This document shows, piece by piece, positions 1 to 9,746 of a DNA stretch of 64,000 nucleotides. The position numbers and the translations under genes are program-made. The DNA comes from Alphaproteobacteria bacterium (GTDB lineage: Bacteria > Pseudomonadota > Alphaproteobacteria > MPNO01). Where the stretch lies: the NCBI GenBank assembly GCA_965248835.1, contig CBDFLJ010000001.1:608001-672000 (forward strand), written 5' to 3'. Under the pieces are notes generated by a model. That model was given only the letters and a program-made list of their open reading frames with translations. It was not told where the DNA came from and made no database searches. The first letter of the stretch is position 1, and every line of letters begins with the position of its first letter.

Positions 1-273
1 GTAGATGACCGGGATCCCCGCCTTGCGCGCCGCGGCGAGAAGCTGCTTGGTCGGCTCGATCGCCTCCCAGGCATACTTGCCGCAGGTGTTGGGGTAGTCC
101 AGGAGCTCGTGGGGCGGATGGTTGCCGCCGCGATAGACCAGGTTGTAGAGGTCGATCGCCAGCAGTGCGGGGCGGGTGCCGATCCGCAGCGCGCGGCGGT
201 ACGGCGCGTAGATATCGAGAACCTCCTGCGGGACCAGGTCCTTCCAGCAGTGATCTTCGAAATCGCGGGCCAT
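1..273 (-). CDS. Isochorismatase/cysteine hydrolase family protein (N-terminal part; gene runs off the window edge)
   Basis: Manual translation MARDFEDHCWKDL...RPALLAIDLYN...LLAAARKAGIPVIY; ALLxID and AR..GIPVIY motifs; AGGAGG RBS upstream of ATG at 273. Confidence 0.8.
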   Translation of the reverse strand, partial: MARDFEDHCWKDLVPQEVLDIYAPYRRALRIGTRPALLAIDLYNLVYRGGNHPPHELLDYPNTCGKYAWEAIEPTKQLLAAARKAGIPVIY

Positions 274-392
274 GCTCGCCTCCTGATATTGGATCGCCCG
301 CCAGTCTACCCGGCTGGTCGGCGCTGACAATCGGCATCGGGCACGCCGCATGTTAGGCTGCACCCGGCGAGACCGTGCAATTGGAGGCAAGG

Positions 393-818
393 ATGGCTGA
401 GACCGCACCCGCGCTGCGCCTGACCAGCGAAGGCGCGATGAAGATGCTCCAAGCCGCGATGGCCAAGGCCGAGGCGATGGGCGTGCCGCAATGCATCTCG
501 ATCGTGGATACCGGCGGCCATCTGCTCGCGTTCTCCCGGATGGACGGGGCTTACGTGCTTTCCATCGATTCCTCGATGGTCAAGGCGATGACCGCGGCGT
601 CCTACGGCGAGCCCACCGGCCATATCCCCGAAGGGGTCGATATCAAGCTCGCGATCGCGACCGGAGGCAAGCGGGTCAACCTGCCCGGCGGCCTGCCCAT
701 CGTCGTGGACGGCCACGTCCTGGGCGGAATCGGCGTCGGGTCGGGCCAGGGCCATGAGGACCTCGAGGTCGCCAAAGCCGCGCTTGCCGTCGTTCCCGGC
801 GCCAGGAATTTCGACTGA
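393..818 (+). CDS. GlcG/HbpS (DUF336) heme-binding family protein
   Basis: ISIVDTGGHLLAFSRMDGA, KAMTAAS, PGGLPIVVDGHVLGGIGVGSG..ED motifs; GGAGG RBS. Confidence 0.85.
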   Translation: MAETAPALRLTSEGAMKMLQAAMAKAEAMGVPQCISIVDTGGHLLAFSRMDGAYVLSIDSSMVKAMTAASYGEPTGHIPEGVDIKLAIATGGKRVNLPGGLPIVVDGHVLGGIGVGSGQGHEDLEVAKAALAVVPGARNFD

Positions 819-832
819 GCCGCCGCGGGCGT

Positions 833-1561
833 CTATCTGGCGGCAGCCAGCGTCCGGGTCGGCCGGCGGCGGGCGATCTCGAGAATCAGCTTCTTGCGGA
901 TCCCGTCGGCGAAGTCCGCGAAGTCGTCGATGGTGATCATGAACGCGCCCGGGCCGCCGATGACGCTGCTGCTGTAGTGGACATCGACCGCCTCTTCCGG
1001 CCAGGGCGGACGGCTGGGCCGGTCGTTGAGAATCGCAAGCCCGTTGATGGTGATCCCCTTGGCGAGCGCGTCGTCGCGGGCGGCGGCGCTGGGCCGGCCG
1101 CGGTTGTTCGGGCCGTCGCCCGAGACGTCGATCACCCGGCGGGTCCCGTCGATCCCGTTGTCCTCGAACAGGCCGGCGGCGAAGTCGATCGCCGCGCTGA
1201 TCCCGGTACCGTCGGAATAGCGCCGCGGCAGGCCCATCAGCATCTCGGCGAAAGACGCCGCGGCGGCCGGGCCGTCGATCACGGTCCAGTCGACCAGGGT
1301 GGCCTGCTCGACCTCGCCCGACCATTCGACATAGGCAACCGCGATCCTGCGCAGGAGGCCCGAGGTGATCGCGCGGATCACCTCGGGGTGGGTGAGCGCT
1401 TTGGCATAGCCTTCACGCTGCAAGGCGTATTCGTAGCCGTCAATGCTGCGCGAGGCATCGACGGCGAGCACGAGCTCAAGGTCGACCGCGGTCTCGCCCG
1501 CCGCCGACCCCGCCAGGAAAAGCCCCGCGACTGTCGCGGCCAAGCGGGCGAGCCGGTTCAC
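833..1561 (-). CDS. DUF1194 vWA-like secreted protein
   Basis: Signal peptide; DLELVLAVDASRSID, VIDVSGDGPNNRG, INGLAI, VIGGPGAF motifs. Confidence 0.85.
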   Translation of the reverse strand: MNRLARLAATVAGLFLAGSAAGETAVDLELVLAVDASRSIDGYEYALQREGYAKALTHPEVIRAITSGLLRRIAVAYVEWSGEVEQATLVDWTVIDGPAAAASFAEMLMGLPRRYSDGTGISAAIDFAAGLFEDNGIDGTRRVIDVSGDGPNNRGRPSAAARDDALAKGITINGLAILNDRPSRPPWPEEAVDVHYSSSVIGGPGAFMITIDDFADFADGIRKKLILEIARRRPTRTLAAAR

Positions 1562-1589
1562 CTTACCGGCTCTGCCCGGCCGGATGCGA

Positions 1590-2828
1590 TCAGCCCGCCG
1601 CAGGTGCCGGCACCAGGCCGCCGCCCCGCGTCTCGGGAATGAACAGCGACATGAACGCCGCCATCAGCGCGAGCACGAAGGACAGCAGCCACATCCAGTC
1701 GTATTGGGCGAAGCTGTCGAACAGCCAGCCGCCCATGAACGACCCCAACGCGCCGCCGATGGAATGGAAGGCGAACAGCAGCCCCATCGTCAGCCCCATG
1801 ATGCGCAGCCCGATATGGGTCGAGACGATGTTGGCGACGATCGGGAAGGTCGAGAAGTCGAAGATTCCGAATATGGTGGCAAAGAGAAACAGTAACGGCA
1901 CGTCGCCGGCGATATACATCAAGAGCAGAAAGCAGAACGCGCGCAGGAAATAGACGCTGGCCAGCAGCAACGGCCGGTGAAACCGGTCCGACAGCGCACC
2001 GTAGCCGATCATGCCGATCGCCGAGAACGTCGCCAGCACCCCGAACGCGGTCGCGCTCTGGATCGGCGGGAAGCCGCAGGACGCGGCATAGGGCAGGAAA
2101 TGGATGCGGATCGCGCCGATGGTTGTGAACCCGCACACGATATAGCCCAGCCCCATCAGCCAGAACGACCGCGACCGGGCGAGATAGCCGAGCTGGGCCC
2201 AGACGGTGGACCCGGCCGCGGTGTGGCTAGACTCCAGGCTGACGGTGCCCCGGCGCTTGATCAGCATCCAGGTCAGCACCGTCGTCGCGGCGAGCAGCGC
2301 GGCAAGAATGACGAAGCTCGGCCGCCAGCCGATCGCCGAGACCGAGACCGCCAACAGGGGCATCAGGACCAACTGCCCGCCGGTCGCGCCCGAGGAGGCA
2401 ACCCCGGTCGCCAAGCCCCGGCGGTCTTCGAAATACATCGATACCACGGTGCCGACCAGCGGCGCGGAAATCGCCGAGAACCCGATCCCGCCGATGACCC
2501 CGAAGACCAGGATATAGTGCCAGCCCGCACTCATCCCGGCGGTGAGCAGCATCGCGAGCGCGACCACCAGGAGCCCGGCGACATTGACCGTGCGCGCGCC
2601 GATCCGGTCGAGCGCAAGGCCCGCCAACGGCGAACAGACCGCCATCATGACCAGCATGACCGCCCCGCCGGTGGAGATGAAGGTCCGGCCCCAGCCGAGC
2701 TCCTCTTCCCACGTCGGGATCAACAGCCCGATCGTCGTCCGCGAGACCATGACCAGGCTGAGCACCAGGAACAGGACGGCGACGACGATCCAGCCGTAGG
2801 GATTGGAACGAAAGAGCTGCAAAAACAT
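1590..2828 (-). CDS. MFS transporter
   Basis: About 12 hydrophobic segments; GLALDRIGAR and GALSDRFHR MFS motif A copies. Confidence 0.9.
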   Translation of the reverse strand: MFLQLFRSNPYGWIVVAVLFLVLSLVMVSRTTIGLLIPTWEEELGWGRTFISTGGAVMLVMMAVCSPLAGLALDRIGARTVNVAGLLVVALAMLLTAGMSAGWHYILVFGVIGGIGFSAISAPLVGTVVSMYFEDRRGLATGVASSGATGGQLVLMPLLAVSVSAIGWRPSFVILAALLAATTVLTWMLIKRRGTVSLESSHTAAGSTVWAQLGYLARSRSFWLMGLGYIVCGFTTIGAIRIHFLPYAASCGFPPIQSATAFGVLATFSAIGMIGYGALSDRFHRPLLLASVYFLRAFCFLLLMYIAGDVPLLFLFATIFGIFDFSTFPIVANIVSTHIGLRIMGLTMGLLFAFHSIGGALGSFMGGWLFDSFAQYDWMWLLSFVLALMAAFMSLFIPETRGGGLVPAPAAG

Positions 2829-3007
2829 CGACGCGCCGGGGGCTGGCCCTCCTGGTCACCGGTTGCAGCATCCTAGCACGCCGCCCGACGCGGCCGGCAA
2901 TCGCGTCTCGGCATGGGAGAAATGCATTTGCGTGGGTGATTCGGCCAACCGTTCTAGGATGGCGGACGGGGCTTGCCGATGTGCGATGACCTTCAGGGAA
3001 CCGCTTC

Positions 3008-4636
3008 ATGCCGCTCGCCGGCCACTTAGGCGACGTGATCATCATCCTGGCGGCGGCGGTCGTCGCGCTGGTCGCGCTGCAGCGGGTGAAAATCTCGCCG
3101 GTGCTGGGGTATCTGGTGGCCGGTGCGGCGCTGGGGCCTTACGGGCTGCACTTGGTCGGCGATGTCGACAGCGCGCGCGCACTGGCCGAGTTCGGCGTGG
3201 TGTTCCTGCTGTTCTCCATCGGGCTCGAGCTGCCTCTCGAACGGCTGAGGGTCCTTTCGCCGATGGTGTTCGGCATGGGTGTCGCGCAGGTCGTGATAAC
3301 GGCGCTGGCGATCGGCGGGCTTGCCCATGCCTTCGGCCTGCCGGCCGATGCCGCGATCGTGGTCGGCGCCGCGCTGGCCCTGTCCTCGACGGTCTACGTC
3401 ATCCAGCTCCTGATCGAAAGCCGGCGCCTGGCCACCCGATTTGGCCGCTCGGCCTTCACCGTGCTGTTGACGCAGGACATTGCCATCGGCCCGATCCTGG
3501 TGATCACCATCGTGCTGATCGAGCGTGAAGCCGGGCTCGGTCTGTCGCTCGCCATCGGGGCGCTCAAGGCCTGCGTCGCGATCGTCGTGATTTTCGCGCT
3601 CGGCCGTTATGTGCTGCGCCCGCTGTTCAGCGTGGTCGCGGTCGCGCGGACCGACGAGACCTTTGCCGCGACGACGCTGTTGGTGGTGCTGTGCACCGCC
3701 GGGCTCACCGAGCTGGCCGGGCTCTCGCTCGCGCTCGGCGGGCTGCTGTCGGGGATGTTGCTGGCCGAGACCCAGTACCGTCATCAGGTCGCGGCCGAGA
3801 TCCAGCCGTTCCGCGGCATCCTTCTGGGCCTGTTCTTCATGACCATCGGCATGGCGACCGATCTTGGCCACGCGGTCTCGGAGATCGGCCAGATCCTGGT
3901 CATCACGATCGTTCTGATCGCCGTGAAGGCGCTGATCCTGGCCGCCCTGTCGCTGCTGTTCGGCTTGCCGGTGGGCTATGCCCTGCCGCTCGGCCTGCTG
4001 CTCGCCCAGGGCGGCGAATTCGCCTTCGTGGTCTTCAGCCTCGCGGCGGGTGGCGGGCTGCTCGGCGAGCCGGTCGTCCGGACGCTGACCGTCGCGGTCG
4101 CGCTGTCGATGCTGCTCACCCCGGCGCTTTCCTGGGCGAGCACGCGCGTCGCGCGGCGGACCGCGGCCCGATCGGTCGCCCATGCCGACATCCTGGACCA
4201 GGGTGGGCCGGAGATCAGCGACCATGTGATCATCGCCGGCTACGGCCGGGTCGGGCAGACCGTCGCCAAGCGGCTGTCGGCGCACGGCATCGGACATATC
4301 GCGGTCGACCGTGATCCCTATTCGGTCGCGCGCGCCCGCGCCCGGGGCGAGCCCGTCTTCTTCGGCGATGCGACCCGCCCGGACGTTCTGGAGGCGCTCC
4401 ATGTCAGCAGGGCGCGCGCGGTCGTCGTTGCGCTGTCCGATCCGGCCGCCGCCACAAGGCTGGTCGGGCTGCTGCATTACATCCTGCCCGACCGACCGGT
4501 CATGGCGCGCGCGGAAACCGAGGACCACGCCCGCGAGCTCATCAAGGCGGGCGCCCGGGCGGTTATCCCAGAGCTCGTCGCGACCGGTGACCGGCTGGCG
4601 GCGCTGGTCCTCGGCGATGACGCCCCGCAGGCGTGA
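3008..4636 (+). CDS. CPA2 cation:proton antiporter (KefB/KefC-like) with C-terminal TrkA-N domain
   Basis: AEFGVVFLLFSIGLEL, ALSST, QDIA, PFRGILLGLFF, QGGEFAFV, GYGRVG Rossmann. Confidence 0.9.
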   Translation: MPLAGHLGDVIIILAAAVVALVALQRVKISPVLGYLVAGAALGPYGLHLVGDVDSARALAEFGVVFLLFSIGLELPLERLRVLSPMVFGMGVAQVVITALAIGGLAHAFGLPADAAIVVGAALALSSTVYVIQLLIESRRLATRFGRSAFTVLLTQDIAIGPILVITIVLIEREAGLGLSLAIGALKACVAIVVIFALGRYVLRPLFSVVAVARTDETFAATTLLVVLCTAGLTELAGLSLALGGLLSGMLLAETQYRHQVAAEIQPFRGILLGLFFMTIGMATDLGHAVSEIGQILVITIVLIAVKALILAALSLLFGLPVGYALPLGLLLAQGGEFAFVVFSLAAGGGLLGEPVVRTLTVAVALSMLLTPALSWASTRVARRTAARSVAHADILDQGGPEISDHVIIAGYGRVGQTVAKRLSAHGIGHIAVDRDPYSVARARARGEPVFFGDATRPDVLEALHVSRARAVVVALSDPAAATRLVGLLHYILPDRPVMARAETEDHARELIKAGARAVIPELVATGDRLAALVLGDDAPQA

Positions 4637-4695
4637 CATCGCCGGCCATTCGCGTAAACATGCCCGGCCGGAGCGCGCAACGGAGAGGCGCAAGC

Positions 4696-5475
4696 GTGAA
4701 CTATCAGACGATCCTCTACAAGGAGGACGGGCCGGTCGGGACGATCACCCTGAACCGGCCCGATGACGGCAACATGTTCACGATCCAGACCTGTCACGAG
4801 GTCCGCGACTGCATCAACGAGATCCGGCGCGAGACCAGGACGCGGGTGATCGTGCTGACCGGCGCAGGGGAAAAGTTCTTCTGCATCGGCGGGCGCAAGG
4901 ACGGGGCGGAGCCGACGACGCTCTACGCCGGCATGCTGCCGACGCTGGAGATGTACGAATCGATCGACCGGCTGCAGAAGCCGGTGATCGCCTCGGTCAA
5001 CGGCTTCGCGGTCGGCGGCGGCAACGTCCTGCAGATGGTCTGCGATCTGACCATCGCCAAGCAGAGCGCGGTCTTCCGCCAGGTCGGCCCGATCATGGGC
5101 TCCTTCGATGCGGGCTACGGCACCTGGTACCTGGAAGATCTGGTCGGGAAGAAGCGGGCCAAGGAGATCTGGTACACCAACCCGAGGATCACCGCGGCCG
5201 AGGCGCTGGCGATGGGGCTGATCAACCGCGTGGTCGCCGATGACGCGCTGGCGGCGGAGACCCGCGCCTATGCGCTCGACGTCGCCGAGCGCGGCAGCTT
5301 CGCGCTGGCTTCGATCAAGGCCGCTTTCAATGCCCGCCACGGCGGCGTTTCCGGACTGGCGCGGCTGGCCCACGACCTGCTGTTGGGCGGCTATCTGAGC
5401 AGCGAGGAGTCCAAGGAGCTGGGGGCCGCGTTCGCCGAGCGCCGGACGCCGGACCCGGGCCGCTTCGGGCACTGA
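4696..5475 (+). CDS. Crotonase-fold MenB/BadI-like beta-ketoacyl-CoA hydrolase (2-ketocyclohexanecarboxyl-CoA hydrolase-like)
   Basis: FCIGG, VNGFAVGGGNVL, QVGPIMGSFDAGYG, VGKKRAKEIWY typical of MenB/BadI clade; GTG start with GGAGAGG RBS. Confidence 0.8.
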   Translation: MNYQTILYKEDGPVGTITLNRPDDGNMFTIQTCHEVRDCINEIRRETRTRVIVLTGAGEKFFCIGGRKDGAEPTTLYAGMLPTLEMYESIDRLQKPVIASVNGFAVGGGNVLQMVCDLTIAKQSAVFRQVGPIMGSFDAGYGTWYLEDLVGKKRAKEIWYTNPRITAAEALAMGLINRVVADDALAAETRAYALDVAERGSFALASIKAAFNARHGGVSGLARLAHDLLLGGYLSSEESKELGAAFAERRTPDPGRFGH

Positions 5476-5481
5476 TCGGCG

Positions 5482-7107
5482 ATGCGGGCGTTCCTGACCC
5501 TTCACAGCCCGGCCGAGACACGCCGCTACTACGAGACCGGCGTCTGGCAGGAACAGACCTTCTACGGTCTGCTCGCAAAGCACGCCGCCGAGCGCGGCGC
5601 GGCGTTCGCGCTGCGCGATGCGGCCCGCCGGCTGACTTGGGCGGAGGTCAAGGCCTGGGCCGACGGGCTTGCCGCCGACCTGCGGTCGCACGGGCTGGTG
5701 GCCGGCGACCGGGTCTCGATCTGGCGCGGCAACGCGATCGACTCGGTGATCGTCCTGCTCGCCTGCTCGCGCGAGGGCATGGCCTGCAACCCGACGCTCC
5801 ACCGCACCAACACCTGCGCGGAGGTCGCAACGCTGTTGCGCCGGCTGCGCAGCGCGGCGTTCTTCACCGAGCCCGGCTGGGGTGCGGACCGCGCCGATGT
5901 CGACTTCGATGCCATGCTGTCGGAGATCGGCCACCTGCGCATCGTCCACACGCCGGACAGCTTCCCCGGCCCCGGCGCGGCGCCCCGGACCGCGCCCAAC
6001 GCCGACCCGGACAAGGTCGCCTATCTCGCCTTCACCTCGGGCACGACCGGGACGCCCAAATGCGTCATGCATTCGGACAACACCCTGTTCGCCAATGCGC
6101 GCGACATGGTCGACACCTGGGGGATCGGCCCCGACACGCGGCTGCTGTCGCTGAGCCCGCTGTCGCACCACATCGCCTGGGTCGCCGCCGCCCAATGGGT
6201 GTTGAGCGGCTGCGAGTTCATCACCGACGACCGTCCTGCCGGGGTGGAAAAGATCGACTGGATAAGCGAGACCGGGGCGAGCTACGTGATGGGCGTGCCG
6301 ACCCACGCAATGGACGTGCTGGCCGAGCAGAAGGCCGCCGGCGCCCCGCGGATCGGCGCGGTCGAGATCTTCTACATGGCCGGCGCGCCGATCCCGCCGG
6401 TAGTCTGCGAGGCCTTCCTCGCCCAGGGCATCAAGCCGCAGAACATCTACGGCATGACCGAGAATTCCTCCCATCATTTCACCCACCCCTCGGACTCCGC
6501 GGAGACCATCACCCGGACCTGCGGGCGGGGCGGCAAGGCCTACGAGGTCGCGATCTTCGACATGGAGGATCCCGACAAGCGCGTCGGGCCCGGTGTCACC
6601 GGCCAGATCGGCGGCCGCGGCGGTGCGCTGACCTTGGGCTATTTCGGCAACCAGGAGGCCACCGAGGACAGCTTCAACCGCGACGGCTGGTTCCTTTCCG
6701 GCGATCTGGGTGCGCTGGATGCGGACGGCAACCTGTCGATCGAGGGCCGGCTCAAGGACCTGATCATCCGCGGCGGGCACAACATCTACCCTTCCCAGGT
6801 CGAGGCGCTGGCGATCCGCCACCCGGACATCGAGCGGGTTGCGGTCTTCCCGGTCCCCGACGACCGCCTGGGCGAGAAGGGCTGCATCGCGGTCATCGGC
6901 ACGCCCGAGCCCGAGGCGTTGCTCGACCATCTGTACCGCGAGGGCCTGTCGCGCTACGACATGCCGGAATACTTCATCCGCATGGAGGCGTTCCCCTTGA
7001 CCGCAAGCGGCAAGATCCTCAAGCGCGCGCTGGTCGATCAGGCGAAGTCCGGCGAGATCGTACCGGTCCCGGTGCGATTCACCGCCAAGCCGGAGGCCGC
7101 GCAATGA
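5482..7107 (+). CDS. Class I adenylate-forming acyl-CoA ligase (AliA/cyclohexanecarboxylate-CoA ligase-like)
   Basis: FTSGTTGTPK, YGMTE, SGDLG, GRLKDLIIRGG, TASGKILK. Confidence 0.9.
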   Translation: MRAFLTLHSPAETRRYYETGVWQEQTFYGLLAKHAAERGAAFALRDAARRLTWAEVKAWADGLAADLRSHGLVAGDRVSIWRGNAIDSVIVLLACSREGMACNPTLHRTNTCAEVATLLRRLRSAAFFTEPGWGADRADVDFDAMLSEIGHLRIVHTPDSFPGPGAAPRTAPNADPDKVAYLAFTSGTTGTPKCVMHSDNTLFANARDMVDTWGIGPDTRLLSLSPLSHHIAWVAAAQWVLSGCEFITDDRPAGVEKIDWISETGASYVMGVPTHAMDVLAEQKAAGAPRIGAVEIFYMAGAPIPPVVCEAFLAQGIKPQNIYGMTENSSHHFTHPSDSAETITRTCGRGGKAYEVAIFDMEDPDKRVGPGVTGQIGGRGGALTLGYFGNQEATEDSFNRDGWFLSGDLGALDADGNLSIEGRLKDLIIRGGHNIYPSQVEALAIRHPDIERVAVFPVPDDRLGEKGCIAVIGTPEPEALLDHLYREGLSRYDMPEYFIRMEAFPLTASGKILKRALVDQAKSGEIVPVPVRFTAKPEAAQ

Positions 7108-7871
7108 CCGTCGCGCTTTCCCGCGACGGCGAGGCGGCGCTAGTCACGCTGTCCCGCCCCGAGGCGCTGAACGCGCTGTCCTTCGGGGTCCTGCGGGACC
7201 TCGGGGCAGCCTTCGATGCGGTCGCGGAGACCGATGCGCGGGTGCTCTTGATCACCGGCGCGGGCGATCGTGCGTTCTGCGCCGGCGCCGACATCAAGGA
7301 GCTCAAGGGGCGCACGGTGATCGAGGAGAAACAAGACACCCGGCTCGGCCAGTCGGTCTTCGCCAAGCTCGATGTCCTGCCGATCCCCTCGGTCGCGCTG
7401 ATCAACGGCTACGCCTTCGGCGGCGGGCTGGAGCTCGCCCTGGCCTCGACCTTCCGCCTCGCTTCGCCGGACGCCAGGCTCGGCATGCCCGAGGTCAAGC
7501 TCGGCCTGATTCCGGGCTATGGCGGGACCCAGCGGCTGCCGCGGCTGATCGGCGAGGCGCGCGCGCTGGAGATGATCCTGACCGGCCGCACGGTCGGGGC
7601 CGAGGAAGCCGGGCGCATCGGGCTGGTCAACCGGGTCGTCGAAGGCGACCTGATCGCCGCCGGGCGCGACTTCGCCGCTCAGTTCACCGGCTACAGCCTG
7701 CCGGTGCTCGCGATGGCCCGCGAAGCGGTGCAGCGCGCGCTGGACAACCCGATCACCGAAGGGCTGAAGATCGAGGCCGACCTGTCGACGCTCGCCTACC
7801 GGACCGAAGACGCGGCCGAGGGCATGGCGGCATTCGAGGAGAAGCGCAAGCCGGACTTCAAGGATGCCTGA
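7104..7871 (+). CDS. Enoyl-CoA hydratase
   Basis: AFCAGADI, GGGLELALA, MPEVKLGLIPGYGGTQRLPR; ATGA overlap with ligase stop. Confidence 0.92.
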   Translation: MTVALSRDGEAALVTLSRPEALNALSFGVLRDLGAAFDAVAETDARVLLITGAGDRAFCAGADIKELKGRTVIEEKQDTRLGQSVFAKLDVLPIPSVALINGYAFGGGLELALASTFRLASPDARLGMPEVKLGLIPGYGGTQRLPRLIGEARALEMILTGRTVGAEEAGRIGLVNRVVEGDLIAAGRDFAAQFTGYSLPVLAMAREAVQRALDNPITEGLKIEADLSTLAYRTEDAAEGMAAFEEKRKPDFKDA

Positions 7872-8580
7872 ACCGGGCCGGCGGGTGGTGGTCAGCGGCG
7901 CGAGCCGCGGCATCGGCGCCGCGATCGCGCTCGGCCTGGCGGATGCCGGTTATGACGTGATCGGCCTGTCCCGCACCGGTGCCAGCGCGGCCGGACGCGG
8001 CATCGCCTGCGACATGACCGACGAGGCGGCCGTCAAGGCCGTCTTCGCCGGGCTTGCCGTCGATCCGGCGCCGCTCGCCGGGCTGGTCAACAACGCCGGC
8101 GCCCACGGCCAGGCACCGATTGCGGATATGGCGACCGAGGATTACGAGCGGGTGATGGCGTTGAACGCCACCGCGGTGATGGTCGCCGCGCGCGAGGCCT
8201 ATCCGTTGCTCAAGCGCGACGGCGGCGGGCTGATCGTCAACATGGGCTCGTTCTTCGACAAGCTCGGCGTGCGCGAGCACCTCGCCTACTGCGCCTCCAA
8301 GGCCGCGGTGGGCGCGATGACGCGGTGCATGGCCGTCGAGTGGGCCGAGGACGGGATCGCCGTGGTCAACCTCGCCCCGGGCTATGTCGAGACCGACTTC
8401 AACCGCGCGTTCCTGAACCGCGAGTCGGTCAAGACGTGGATCGGCCGCCGGGTGCCCGTCGGGCGCACCGGGACGCCGGACGAGGTCGCCCGGCTGGTGG
8501 TCGCGCTCTATGTGGCGGACATCGCCTACCTTACCGGCGAGACCATCTATCTCGACGGCGGGCACGGGATGAACCACTGA
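7864..8580 (+). CDS. Short-chain dehydrogenase/reductase
   Basis: SGASRGIG, NNAG, YCASK, PGYVET. Confidence 0.92.
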   Translation: MPEPGRRVVVSGASRGIGAAIALGLADAGYDVIGLSRTGASAAGRGIACDMTDEAAVKAVFAGLAVDPAPLAGLVNNAGAHGQAPIADMATEDYERVMALNATAVMVAAREAYPLLKRDGGGLIVNMGSFFDKLGVREHLAYCASKAAVGAMTRCMAVEWAEDGIAVVNLAPGYVETDFNRAFLNRESVKTWIGRRVPVGRTGTPDEVARLVVALYVADIAYLTGETIYLDGGHGMNH

Positions 8581-9746
8581 TGACGGTGTTCGACCGCCTG
8601 GCGGCGTCCCGTCCGTGGACCGAGGATGAGCGCATCCTCATCGACCAGGTCCGGCGCGTCGTCGATCAGGTGCTGGCGCCGAACGCCGCAGATTTCGACC
8701 GGACCGGCGCGTTTCCCTGGACCAATGTCCAGGCGCTGAACGCGCTGGGGCTGAATGCGCTCTTCGTGCCCGAGCCCTATGGCGGCGCTCCGGCGCGCTA
8801 CCGGCTCTATATCGAGTGCGTGCGCCTGATCTCGGAGGCGTGCGCGGCGACCGGCATCATCTATGCGACCAACTTCCATGCCATGAAGCCGGTGATCGAC
8901 TTCGCCGACGAAGCGCTGAAGGCCCGAGTGTTGCCCCGGATCGCGGGCGGCGGCCTGGCCGCGATCGCCATCACCGAGACCTCCGCCGGATCCGATGCCA
9001 CGGGGATGAAGACCCGCTTCACCCCGGACGCCGAAGACGTGGTGGTCGACGGCGGCAAGCTGTTCATCACCAACGGCGATGTCGCCGATCTGATCCTGTT
9101 GTTCGGCAAATGGTCGGAGATCGAAGACGACCGGGAGGCGATCACCGCGCTGGTCTTCGAAAAAGGCACGCCGGGCTTCGAGGTCCTGCGCACCGAGACC
9201 AAGATGGGTCTGCGCGCGTCTTCGACCGCGGCGATCGCCTTCGACGGCTGCCGCGTGCCGCGCGCGAACCTCGTGGGCGCGCCGGGCCGGGGGCTGGAGA
9301 TCCTGCTCGCCTCGCTCAACCTCTCCCGCCCCTCGGTCGCCGCCCACGCGCTGGGCATCGCGACCGCCGCCTTCAACGACATGACGGGCTACATCAACCA
9401 GCGCAGCCAGTCGGGACAGCGGATCATCGACTTCCAGGGCAACCAGTTCCTGCTGGCCGACCTCGCCAGCGAGATGGCGCTGGTCGGGTGCTGGATCGAC
9501 CATGTCGCCGGCATGATCGATGCGGGCGCCGCCGACTTCGGCATCGAGGCTTCGATCGCCAAGCTGCGCGCTTCGGACCTCGCCATGCGCATGACCACCG
9601 AGGCGGTCCAGATGCACGGCGGCTACGGATATTGCAGCGATTACCGGGTGGAGCGCCTGATGCGCGATGCCAAGATCACCCAGATCTGGGAGGGTACCAA
9701 CCAGATCCACCGCCAGCTCATCGGCCGGAGCTTCCGGCAGCGATGA
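8580..9746 (+). CDS. Acyl-CoA dehydrogenase
   Basis: ITETSAGSDA, KLFITNG, KMGLRAS, QMHGGYGY, ERLMRDAKITQIWEGTNQI. Confidence 0.93.
   Translation: MTVFDRLAASRPWTEDERILIDQVRRVVDQVLAPNAADFDRTGAFPWTNVQALNALGLNALFVPEPYGGAPARYRLYIECVRLISEACAATGIIYATNFHAMKPVIDFADEALKARVLPRIAGGGLAAIAITETSAGSDATGMKTRFTPDAEDVVVDGGKLFITNGDVADLILLFGKWSEIEDDREAITALVFEKGTPGFEVLRTETKMGLRASSTAAIAFDGCRVPRANLVGAPGRGLEILLASLNLSRPSVAAHALGIATAAFNDMTGYINQRSQSGQRIIDFQGNQFLLADLASEMALVGCWIDHVAGMIDAGAADFGIEASIAKLRASDLAMRMTTEAVQMHGGYGYCSDYRVERLMRDAKITQIWEGTNQIHRQLIGRSFRQR

Noticed and set aside
4477-7104. Very long alternative-frame or antisense ORFs (e.g. 4477-7104 -, 18271-21048 -, 30877-33438 +, 47785-50466 -)
   Set aside because: Shadows of real genes in ~70% GC DNA; Arg/Gly/Pro-rich with no motifs.
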